Positions 1 to 12,200 of a stretch of DNA of 64,000 nucleotides are shown here, in pieces. This stretch comes from Bugula neritina (lineage: Eukaryota; Animalia; Bryozoa), in NCBI GenBank assembly GCA_964035545.1, contig OZ037771.1, positions 1,685,628-1,749,627 of the forward strand. Reading direction: 5' to 3'. A program made the translations under genes and the position numbers. The number at the start of each line of letters is the position of its first letter. The first letter of the stretch is position 1. The notes below the pieces were generated by a model. The model saw only the letters and a list, made by a program, of their open reading frames with translations, was not told the DNA's origin and searched no databases.

Positions 1-162
1 AATGTTAAAAACATTATTGCAAGTACACAGTATACATATGTTTGATTAAAAATATTGTCTATCATATCATACTGTGTAAAAGATGACAGACAGGTGGGCC
101 TACTTTTAATGGAAATATTAGCAATTAAATTAAAAAAGTGAAAATAAACTGTTAAACTGCCT

Positions 163-265
163 TGTGGGACATAGACTGCATTGCTGGAGAGAAAATGCAT
201 TGTGGGACATTCACCATATTAATAGAGAAAATGCATAGTGGGACATCTACCGTATTGATAGAGGA
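163..265. repeat. About 3 copies of a 36-38 bp repeat spanning the CLPB exon end and donor at 251/250
   Basis: (t/a)gtgggacat starts at 163, 201 and 237, each followed by gagaaa(atgcat). Confidence 0.75.
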
Positions 266-2478
266 GAGAAATTAAAGAATGGTGATTCATGAGGGAAGCA
301 TAATGGAGGGCAGAACATCCGGCGAATGAGACCTCTTCATCTAAGTCATCACTGAACTCGAGCTTCCTGGCAGCCATTGCTGTAAACAGAATCAGTACGA
401 TGCCTTAAAAATAGACAATAAATATTTATTAAAAATAAGTATTTCAGAATTAGATAAAGATTAAATTGTAATTTATACATAAAAGTAGACACGTGAGATA
501 AATGATAGTTCATAAAGCAAACATTACTAATAAAAATGTTCAAATTTAACAATGCGGAAACATAAGAATAGGTAATAGGAGAGTGCGCAAAGAGAGCAGT
601 TTGAGGAGTATGTTGTGATTGTGGCCAAAAGAATATATAAGACTATGAATGACCTATATAAGACTATGAATGACCTATATAAGATTATGAATGACCTATA
701 TAAGACTATGAATGACCTATGTAAGACTATGAATGACCTATGTAAGACTATGAATGACCTATATAAGACTATGAATGACCTATATAAGACTATGAATGAC
801 CTATATAAGACTATGAATGACCTATATAAGATTATGAATGACCTATATAAGACTATTAATGACCTATGTAAGACTATGAATGACCTATATAAGACTATGA
901 ATGACCTAAATGACAGAAGTTGAGTCTCACATTTAATGCTGTTGGAGATGTTAAAGATTTTGTTTTCATTTTTCTTCAGAACAGGGTTGTAGTCATCCTG
1001 GATGTTAGGATCAGCTCCTGCTTCCAGGAGTAATTCCACAGCTCTGTGAGGCAGAGGGAAGATAAATCCCAATGAGATGTGTGCAGGAGATGAGATGAGT
1101 CAGAATATGTAGAAAGGTCAATATCAGTGAGCAGTTATGATAGAACTTATATTCAGAAGATATGACAGATTAGATTAGAAAGTAAAGTGGGGGTGTATCA
1201 GCTATAGATAGACTGCAGACCAAGCATACAATATATTAATGTAGGAAGTGCGAGAGAAAACACTAGTCCTGTGTAATACTTACGGCACATGCCCATTAAC
1301 TACTGCAGTCATGAGAGCAGTCCAGCCATATTTACATTTCTTATCCAGCTCTTGACCTTTGGCTATGTAACTGCAAACAAAGATTACAAAGTGTAAAAAT
1401 TATAAAGTAGAAAAATGAACTACTAAATTAGCGAGAAAATCATAAGTCTATTTTTACCTGACATATATTTAATCACTTGAATGTACTGCTATGAAGAGAA
1501 AATAAATTCACACAAAAAGATTAATATTTTAAAATTTTGATTACATGTTTTGTTTAGACAAACTAAACCTTAAAATATGATTTAATGTGAGAACAAATAT
1601 AATTAATCTGCGTTACCTTTCAATGGCCCTTACATCACCAATCTTACAGGCTGTCAAAAACGCATCACCTACAAATATAGTGAATTTAAATTAACTAAAT
1701 TAGATTAAATAAAAAGCAAAATTTAAATAATTTCAACTACTTATGGATGAGAGCTTTCATTAACCATCAGTTAATTGTTTCTTGCCGTTGTAACATTATA
1801 TTGTTCTACAAACAAAGAAAAATAAAAGGTGATCAAATACAAAATTTATGTTTTTGGAATTCCCAGCGTTAGTCAGACACAGGACGAGTGAAATCATACC
1901 ATGAGTTGCTTCTTCATAGAGATAAAAATCCTTTTGTCGAGCGTGGCAAGTCCAATTCGACTTAAAGAAAACTTTATAGGCCAAGTAAACACCAGCTGCA
2001 GTAAATATGATTAACATAGCTTGATGAAACCAGCTTTTCCTACACGGCATAAGCACCTACAATAATATAAAAAGACAACTTCACAAATGCTACAGTTTTT
2101 GTACTGAATCACCATTTGCTTAACTGAGTGATACTGTGGCCTAGGCTATTTAATTACATGAAAGTTACCGAGCAATGACTAAACAAGTTTTAAAAATTTA
2201 CTCACATTGTCGACCTGTACGAATTTCAGTTGTTCGTTCCTCAAAACTTGACTGTTTTTATGCTTTTCAGTTGGAAAGTCACAACCAGCATTACTGCTTG
2301 TTGCCATAGAGTAAAGTTTTAAACTTTCTTCAAGTTTACTATTTTTAATTTGATGAATGTTACCATCTTTAATATTTAATTTTATAGCTGTTACCAAGTT
2401 CAATGGGAACCATTTTAACTGACCAGCAGTTCGAACATGAGCTTGACAGATATTTTTGATTGAATTAATTTTTTTCAT
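251..2478 (-). CDS. CLPB: Mitochondrial CLPB/Skd3-like disaggregase, 5' (ankyrin) part; the gene continues off the left edge
   Basis: Phase-consistent GT-AG exons 2478-2206, 2056-1900, 1668-1617, 1370-1284, 1043-931, 379-251. Protein: N-terminal leader, hydrophobic MLIIFTAAGVYLAYKVFF, then DAFLTACKIGDV..KYGWTALMTAVVNGHVPAVELLLEAGADPNIQDDY..RKLEFSDDLDEEVSFAGCSALHYA. This matches the Skd3 split-ankyrin signature as I recall it (GWTALM..GADPNLGDDF..SFKGCTALHYA). The AAA+ domain is not in the window. Confidence 0.8.
634..906. repeat. 21-bp minisatellite, 13 copies (TATATAAGACTATGAATGACC), in a CLPB intron
   Basis: 273 bp = 13 x 21. It explains the repetitive ORFs 615..923 and 527..1072. Confidence 0.97.
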
Positions 2479-3287
2479 CTTTTATTTTTAGAAGCTTGAA
2501 TTTCAGTTTGAATTTGATTATCTCAACTTCAAAGTGCATTGAACAGTATGAGTAGCAATGCAAGTGTTGGTATGAGTATGATAAGGAAGATGGCACTTCA
2601 ATCTAAATATTGGCAGAACCAAAAAATTGAGTAAAAATTGAATTTGATAGTGATTGAAACATCCAGGCTCGGTTAACCGTTATGCACGCAAAGAATAAAT
2701 TCAACGATACTGATTGATCACTCAACGATTGATGATAGTCATTATCATAACGTCAAACTTAATGTGACCATTACTGTGAGTCAGAGTGAGAGTGTCACTG
2801 TGAGTGTGAGTGCGGGTGTCAAACACAGTGTAAGTGTAAGATTCGTAATTCCAATTTGAGCTTCTGTTGGTTTGAGTTAGGTTTGATAGTAATTGTTATT
2901 TGTCAGTTTTTGTAAACCAGCCAGCAATTTTAGCATGATCAATATGAGTTTATAAGTTACTCAACGCGAGTTTGAGAAGACCAGCTTCTGTGTAGATTTT
3001 CATTGCTCAAATTTTGTTAAAAAATATCATAATCATAGCTTGAAAACTACTAATCAGCGAAAACATTGTTATTTGATATGTTAGAAAACAGTGTGAATGT
3101 AGAAAACAAATTCTTTATTCAGTCTAGAGGCTATTTTAAAATGACCTTGACCCAAGATATTGAACATAAAACGTCATACATTTTTCATCAAATCAAACTC
3201 GCACGTACTTTAACGAGGTTTCTAGTTTGTAACTCATTGGGCTCTAAACAACCCTTACGAACACAAGTATAGATCTCGGCATCTAAC
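2479..3287. promoter_or_regulatory. Putative bidirectional promoter region between CLPB and SPATA18
   Basis: Divergent ATGs at 2478 (-) and 3288 (+), about 0.8 kb apart. More CpG than the flanking introns; contains hexamer-periodic tracts. Confidence 0.55.
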
Positions 3288-6200
3288 ATGGCGGATTCAC
3301 TAAGGAGACTCGTCAACATTGGTTCTTTTGCCACTTTGCAAGACAAACTTGACCGCTGGCTTGATGTATATCATGTAAGTCAGCACCACAGATATAATTT
3401 TTAGTAAAAATTATTTTTGTCTAAATCATTTGTATTTTTCGTTACTCATTCATGTTATCAATATATATTTTGGTTGCTATGCTAAAGCTTGCCAGTGCTA
3501 TTGGCTTAGGCTGAGGCTATTCTTTTATTATTGTACTACAAAGTCGCAATTACAGGCATAGCCACATTGTTTAGATTGATGCAGTTGTTACAGATATCTA
3601 GCATCATTTTGATAACATTCAATTGGTCATTGAAGTTCAGAAATATTAAATTGAGCTGAAACTAATAGGGCACATTTTAATAATTATTTTTGTTAAAACA
3701 AGTGAAGTTATAGCCATAAATTGTTGTTTTTCCTGTGCATTGAGAAGATTTTGGGAGTAAGTTGATTATTCTGAAATTGAAAATAGAGCACACATTGGTC
3801 TCGGGTTTGGGCTTTGGGGGTTGAACCTATGCTATATTGTTTTATTATCTTCATGATATACAAAACATTAGGTTATATATTATTGTGTTTTAGCATTTAA
3901 TAATCATTGTACGACTCACAAGCTCAGAGTGATGCTTGAACTTAACTAAACTTGCATTGTCTAACCTAATTTCAAAAAATTTCAAGTAGTTCTTTAATAA
4001 ATTTATGTAGAAGAGCAAGATTAAACTCCTATTAGTTGTGAAAATCATATTTTATTGAGTTTGAATAGTCTTCACTGGTTGGCTAATAAAATCAGATGGT
4101 GCATTTATATTTTTGGTAGTCTGCTCTGTAAACTTTTGCATATTACAGTTAGTGCGTTGACTAAATTTACAGTAAACTGCATCTCATAATATAAATCAGT
4201 TCAGTTGTTTGCTGATTTGCTTGTTGCAGTACAACTCTTCTGATGAAAATGTAGCTCGCTGCTGTGAAATTATCGAATTAAACGGCAAAGTTCAAGGACA
4301 GCTGTTCAAGTTGCTGAGCCTTATTGATTCATCAGGTAAGTTTCTCTTCTAATTTAGTTACTACAGCGAGTAACTTTTATATTCACATTGCATATGAGGC
4401 GGCTGTACTGTTCCATACTAATTTCAGTCGACAAAATTGTTATAATTAACTTCAATTATTTGAATTTATTGAATTCATTAAAATTTTTAATAAACTATTG
4501 AATTATTTTATGTTTAAAGCGTGCCGCCACTAACAACTGCATTAAACTCTCTATTCATTATGCGGAGCAATTTGGCTCCTTGGGCACTTCTGCCACATTA
4601 TCATTCTCGAATCTATACCTGTAGAATGTATAGCTAGCCAGTTTGCATTTGTTGACAAAATATTAATACATTGTATTTCAAATTAAAGTTTCCTCAGATG
4701 TTTTTCTCTATCTTGGCAGTTGGTTCAAGACTTACTCTGACCAAATAAATACTTTGTTATATGTTGTTATAAAATATCTTCTTAGTTGTAAAACAACTTA
4801 TAGATAATGTATTATTAGCCCTTAGCCCTTTCTATATCGTGGAATGTATTTATAGTATATAATCAAACTAGTGAAAGAGCGTAAACCCTTAGTATACAAT
4901 ATGTGCAGAAAACATGGTGACAGAAAAGTTTTAACAACTATGGCTTAAAAATTAAGTTTTTCAGAAGCTGGCTAATGTTTCCTGAGATAGTCAACACATA
5001 CTTAATTACTAGAAGAGTAAATGCATGAGTTTTAATGATTGCATTAGCATTTCTAAAAGCCAATCAAACATTCAATAAGTTACACAAATACCAATGCAGT
5101 TTGCACTAACACGTAAAGTAGGTTGTATAAGGGGCAGCAATATATATTGTCATTGATTCATTTATCTGACAGCAGCATAGCAGCAGTAAACTGTTTATTG
5201 GATACAATGATTAAATGAAGCTGGAATACTATTTAATCAGCAAATAGCATTTACCAAAAGTTGAGTAACACTTGATAAATATACTAGTAACTCATTAATT
5301 GTGTAGATAAGCTTACAACTCTACTTACTACGGCTTCTTTCAATTAAAATAATTTCATCATAGTGCTTGTTGAATACAAGCAAATTCCATGCTTTAACGG
5401 AATGAAATAGTTTATTATACCAGTTGCAATATGTACCATTTTATAGTACGCTGTATAGTAAAAATAGTAGCAAAGATATTATATTTTGTAGCAATGCATG
5501 GCTCAAACAATTGAATTTCGCTTTCAAACAAATGTTATAGTTTTAACTCAATATGATTTTATATATAATAGTAAGTTTAGGTATTTGTATTATTTGTGTA
5601 ACTATATTAGCTGTAATTGGAACATGTTGGCTGCCACGATGTGGTGACCCAATATTGATTGGCAGCGTCTATTTTGCAGCACCATTTACTATAAAAACAA
5701 GGACCTATGCTGCCTGTTGTAAAATATTATACACTTGGGGAGGCAGCGCATAACACTTATTATTAGCTGTATAGAGATCAATTAGATTATGACATTGCCT
5801 TTTGCTGGTGTGCACGGAGCCATCATAATGTATTGTTCCTGTCACAATGCAGTGTAGATCGCAGTTTGCTATACTAATTAATATATTCATTACTAGGCTG
5901 CTAAAATGCTTTTGTCGTGATTTCAGTGCAGATCCTGCATATATTTTGTCACAAAAAATTTAGTCAAGTCTAATTACAATTATTTTGAAATCTGCTGGTT
6001 GTTCACCTTCCAGGTTCAAGCAGCTTCAGAAATAATTAAAAATTTCTATTTGAGATTCTTAATCAAACAAGTTAGGTCACCATCTCTATATGTTGGGCCC
6101 GGTAATAAACTGTAAGTGCGAGATAATGAACAAACAAAGCACTCAGCATAACGGCAGCAAAATTAGCTCTGAGGCAGCATATCTTGTTATGTGGTTGCTA

Positions 6201-9200
6201 ATCATCACTATGTAAACATTGTCAAACGGTCAACAGCTTATATCAAGTCAGCAGTTAAATATATTATAACCTAATAAGTGTACTCCACTCTTCTTAATAC
6301 TCCAAATAAATCCACATGCCACTCGTGTAAATATTAAATATCTTATATTTTAGATCAGTGAACTTGAGTTTATTTTGATAAATCCAACACACAAATGCAC
6401 AATGAATTCAAACTTTTACAATTTAGTTTTTCAGAAATATTAATAATCAGCAATTAGTTCAATGTATCGTATCCAATTTTGTTTTTTAATTTAAATAAAA
6501 GTTTGCTTGGTTTTATTTAAATGGAAATTGTTTACAGCCATACAATCCAAAGTTTTTATTGTTTGTATTCAAATAAGTTTTCCCCACTGTATTTATAGTA
6601 TTTTGACAAAAAAACTTATCACTAAAACAGTATTTACTATATTTCAATTGTACTTTATTTTGTCGAAAGTTTCAAATGACAAGCACTTCCATTGGCAACT
6701 ATTTTTCACCCTGCAGCCTTTTCATAGTAAATTGTAGTGCCAATCGATTTTGCAGGTACACCGATTTCAGCGGTCCTTTATGTAATCCTACTATAAATCA
6801 ATTGCAGGCATTATAATGTTTAATTGATCAACGGCCTGTATTGAATAGCTGCATGTTCAGCCAAAGTTGTATTATTCCTTTCAATGTTTCTGCACGACTC
6901 AATAGGCAAGAACACAAGACCGGCAATGAATTGTTAATTAACTCTTTTTATAAAAGAACGTGCGGCTATTTACACCGTTTCAATGCATGACATAACGCTT
7001 GCCAATAATCAAATAAAATGAATATTCAATAATCGGGAATAATGTATATTCACCTATTAGCAGTGGAATAATCTATAATTTAGTTGGAGTACTACAATAG
7101 TCTAGTATAGGATTTAGCTGCTCATTTGTGTTGGAAACAGCCTCAAGGGTGTAGCAGTTTTCTCATTCCTCAGAAGTCTTTTCACGCAGGCAAACTGCAC
7201 TCGCAGGTTGTAGATTATTCAGGTTCCAGCTACCAGGTAATGTACTTAACCCTCTGTGGGTATACATACTTCTTTCTTTTAACTTCAAGTGGAGATAACT
7301 CCTTGCCTCTCTAACCAGTAGTAAAGTAACTATTTCCCATTGTATGTCTATTCTAGGCACCATGTATGGATCTAGTCGAAGTGCCATCAAGAGCAGACTT
7401 ATCCCGTACCTCGGTACTTCCTATTTCGGCACAGGAAGTGTGACTGCTGACGCCAGCTTGGCTGTCTTGGCTAAAGAGCGAGAGGTATGTCACATGGGTA
7501 ATACATATACAATATACAGAGTAAACATTGGTTCTGTTTAAGCAAACATTTCAGTTTTGTAACACAGCAGAGCTATTTTTTATTTTAGTAATAAACAAAT
7601 ATCTACTTTAATATTTACACTTTATTTACAGTTGAGGGAAGTGCAGGATCTGTATGAAGACTCTCTGGTGACCTTGGAAGATGAACTCAGTCTGATCAGA
7701 AGGGAAAACAGTGATTTGAGAGATGAGTGAGTCATTAGCATAAGTAGAGATATTATATAGGTCAACATTTGTATGTGAAGTAAGTATATATTGTATACAA
7801 GTCAACATTGGCGTGTGAGGTAAGAATATATTATGTAGGTCAACAAATGTAGATTAGAACTGTGAAACATGCTGTAGATCACACCTGTGAAATATGTGCT
7901 GTAGATCACACCTGTGAAATATGTGCTGTAGATTACACCTGTGAAATATTTATTCTGTAGATTGTTGGACACCAAAGACGAGTTGAGCAGCTCAATTAGA
8001 GAGTCAAGTAATGACCGACTGCTAGATGAGGCTGAGATTAGAGACCTGCGGGCTAAGTACGTACTCTCAGTCTATTCTAATAGTATTTTCATATATAAAA
8101 TGTGTATTTTTTAGGTAGAGTAATACTGGTCTATATCTTGCGTACTAGCTGTTGATTAGTAACTAAGTTAATTTTTGTAAGCCATATTTTGTTGCAACTA
8201 GTGTTGTGGTTTGAATTGCATATAAACAACCCTTTAAGATCTTGTCTAAGCATTTGCAGCCATTTAAGTGTGTTTAAATGAACTTTAAATATCTATAGTA
8301 TAATTAGTAATCTTACTTACGTGTTGGCATTTTGCCAACACCAGATTACACCGCACTGAGGAGAAAGTAGCACGAGCGTAGGGGCGAGTGAACCGGTCTT
8401 GGTTACGCTTGACTGCAGGTGTTAAAACTCCTAGCTAAAGTGGATAAGTATTGATTGTTGAAATACGGCCCATTGTTTCTAGCTATTCATAGAACGATGC
8501 CTTTAGTGTTTATACAATGATAGGCATGCTGCCGGCATGACAAATCTATATTTACTTAAAGCGACAGACCTTAAAACGACTACATGTTGCATGGCTGCCG
8601 TGATAAGGTGGTATTCTTACTATTATACTACTCACTTATTGTTACAATATTATTCTGGGGTGCTTGCAATACTAAGTAACAGTTGAAGACTGAATTGATA
8701 TTTTGATGCATGCTAACCTACACAATAGAATAGTGTTGATCTGTCAGTCATGATACAATGGACACATCATGCAGTCACCTGCATCAAAGTGCCATATATG
8801 TTAAAAAACTATAAATTGTCAACGGATATTCCAAATAATTATCCCAGCCTAATTTGTAGCTTGCACATCAGCAGCAGACAATTTGAACATTGCTCATTGT
8901 TTCTCATTTAAAATATAAAACCAATAAAACATGAGCTGTATCTAAAAGAGTTCATTTCAGGGGTATTTACTGCTAACTTCTATTATATTCAAGGAAATTT
9001 AATTTTATCAAATTTCCACAACTTTTCAATCTAGACTTGCAGCGGCAGAGGCTGAAAATGTCACGTTGAAAGCTCGAACAGGTCAACTGGATGACCTTGA
9101 GCGTCAATGTCGCAACCTTAGAGAGGACATTGCCGTGTTAACGGGTAGACGGGACGTACTGCGCTACAGTTCCACCCCTCCCCGAGCTGTTAGCTCGTAT

Positions 9201-12200
9201 ACTGCTGATCTCAATTGGTAAATGTAACCGTTAGAGTAGGTGTTGTAGTTAGTTGAAGCTAGTCGCTAATCAACATACCTAGTTGTGTAAAAGGCAACAG
9301 AGATAAAGAATTTGGGAAAGTTTCGCTTCATCTGACGCCTTAACACAACTAGATATGTCGCTTCTAACAACCTAAGTTTTCTTACAACTAATTTCTCACT
9401 TTTCTACGTTGCTGTCAGATATAACGCTGCTCAGGATGAGCTCATACGTCTGCGAGCTAGATGTGCTCTTGGTGACAACCAGGATCTCACCATTAGACGC
9501 CTGAAATCAGAACTTAATATTCTGAAAGGGGCGACGTATAGGTAATTTGCTGTGAGGTGGTGTTTGTAAGCATCTGATGTCCGTCATTTATTAACTCACT
9601 GTTGTATGCTCACAGCATTATATTCTGACTGCACACTTCACAAATCACTGTTTGGAAAGGAATTTTACTTGTTCCAAGTCTTTTCTCATTGATTTAAGCT
9701 TTTATCCCTTCATTTTCTGTTGGTATTTTGTGGTTTTTCTATTATTATATTTTTCTGATATAACTGATGAATTGTGAAATGCTATAATTATTTCTAACAT
9801 TGCAAAGACACTTGGAACAAAATGAGATTTACTAATTCGAAATTTTTCTTGCACTAAACTTAGTTTTGCATTAATAATATGCTTTAGACATGTGCAAAAT
9901 CCTATAATATGCCTATTAATTCATTTAAATACATTCCAAAAGTTTGAGTACCTTTGTTTTTCATTGTTTTGTAAAATTCTTACTCCCAGCAAAATATTTC
10001 TCCATACAACTGGCTAAAGATAATAGTGGTTTTTTTGTGAGAAGACAACTTCTATTGAATATGTAGGTTTTTCTGTTATAGTCACAGTGAGCCTCGTGCT
10101 CATTCGACATATAGCCACCACAGTACGGGTGTCTCTACTCGTGCCAGGGTGGATGAGTAAGTATACTGGCGTTGTAATCATAGCTTCATAGCTGAGTCCC
10201 CACCCGCTTCTCATCTCTAGTCACTTTAGTTTAGCCCCCAGTAGATAAAAATAACCCAGCTTTTAAAGAATCATGCCTGTAGATCTTTCCTTAGTTTCAC
10301 AGATGCAGCATATCTGTTAACTGGTAAAGTTAGTGTTAATGCTTACACCTGGTATGTTTTAGTAGAAAGCATTAAATTTGTTGGATTGATCAGAGTTATC
10401 AGCACATGCATGGGATGGCAAAGCTGTTAATAATGATGTCGGTTTATACAAAATAATTAAATAGTTTCATTTGGGTCAAGTTTTCTTTTATTTATCTGGC
10501 TAATTTCTGTAGTTGATATATATATAAGTATCTTGATTCAACCCTCCTCTGTTCACTAGCAGCCATGCAACTTATGCTACCTCTGTTTTAGTGACCTTAC
10601 CGATTCCCTCAAAAGCTATCGGTATTTGGCCCGAGCCAGCTCTCCCTTCTCCACCAATGACGTAACTCAGAGAGTGCGGCAGGAGAGTCTCATCAACAGG
10701 TACAATGATCTCTTCTCCATTGACCGACTCAGTGCTATGGATACTCTCAGTAGATATCAGTCGGACTACGAGATGAATCAGAGAGTCTGCAATGCTGTGG
10801 TTCAGGTTTGATAAATACCAACATAAATAACTTTGTTTAAATTTCTGAAATTTGACCAAAAAAAATGTTATTCTATTTGTTTTTCACAATAATTTAGCTA
10901 TTACCAAAAAAATGTTATGTGCTTCCTCCAAAACTGGTTAGTTTGAAATATTCTTCTCACAGGAAGCGTTTGTGGCAGCCAAGCTTGCCTTCAGAGAGCA
11001 CAAGATGAAGGTGCGATCTAACCTGGCCATCACCCATGTTGGACCCGAGACTCTAGAGGAAGCTGTTCAGGATTACATCAATCGCAACACTGACCTCTAC
11101 GATCTACCAGGAATTGTCAATGTATGTGTTAGTTAGTTCGATACAACTACTCAATTATTTATTAATTGTGGTTCAACAAAAAAAACAACTTCATGCAAGG
11201 TTGACCGTCAGTAAAATGGCATTTGGTATGAAATTTTGAAAATTTTAGTAAATAGCTACATCACAATTTCACTATAAAAATTGTTTATGACTAAACTGTT
11301 TAAAAATGTTAAATAAAAATCTAACGGTGTAAGCTATCATATATCAACAATATATCATATGTGCAACCCAAAGTCTTTTTAACCCATTATCGTAACTTAT
11401 GAAACTGTATTTGGGAACCTTGTAAAACATTACAGGATGTAATCAGAGCCCTCAACAGGAGTGTAAAGCTGTACATACCCCCTGAGGCTAGTTACAGTTT
11501 GATCCAGCCCTACATCAGGGAGGCCACCAAGTTTGCCTGGGAGTGCTCTGCTCTGGCCCACCCTCTGGACGTGGCACTGGCTACTGACGCTGAGCTCTTT
11601 GATGATCACAAGTAAGCCATAAATATGTGAAACTTTCTGAAACCTGCAGTCTAGCTAGAAATTCTGTTGAAATTTTAAATGTCTCTTATACTTGAGTTTG
11701 CCTTAAGGTAATTGAAAGAATATGGACTACAGAATCTTCTGCTACTGCAGCTAATTGAAGTTTTTATCAGAAACTACCCTTTGTTCAATAAAGAAAACAG
11801 TTATTGTAATACTATTAATATTAGTTTATAAAATTTAAATTGGTATTAATAGTCATATTGGTTAAAAAAGTTCACCAATTTTTCTTAGCTCAATGGTACG
11901 GATGCTTTTTCAACATCAAGTTTTGCTAAACTATTGAGTTCATTTTGTTAAAGTTATGATATGTTATATAGATAATATGGAATTAGTATTTTAACTGTAA
12001 CATTTTTAAATGTGTAGAAACTTTTTGAACTAAATTTTCAAAAATGTTGAGTTTGGTTTGTTCAGATATCGTCGGAGTTATGACAGCGAGTACTCTGCCC
12101 CGTTGGTGAACCACCACATCTTCCCCTGTCTCATGCAAGGCATCAGAGTTCTGGTGAAGGGGGAGGCTTGCACCAGACGAGGAGCATCTCTTGGATCCCC

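Noticed and set aside
615-923. ORF of repeated YKTMNDL heptads, or a CRISPR-like array
   Set aside because: It is a head-to-tail 21-bp minisatellite without spacers, inside a CLPB intron.
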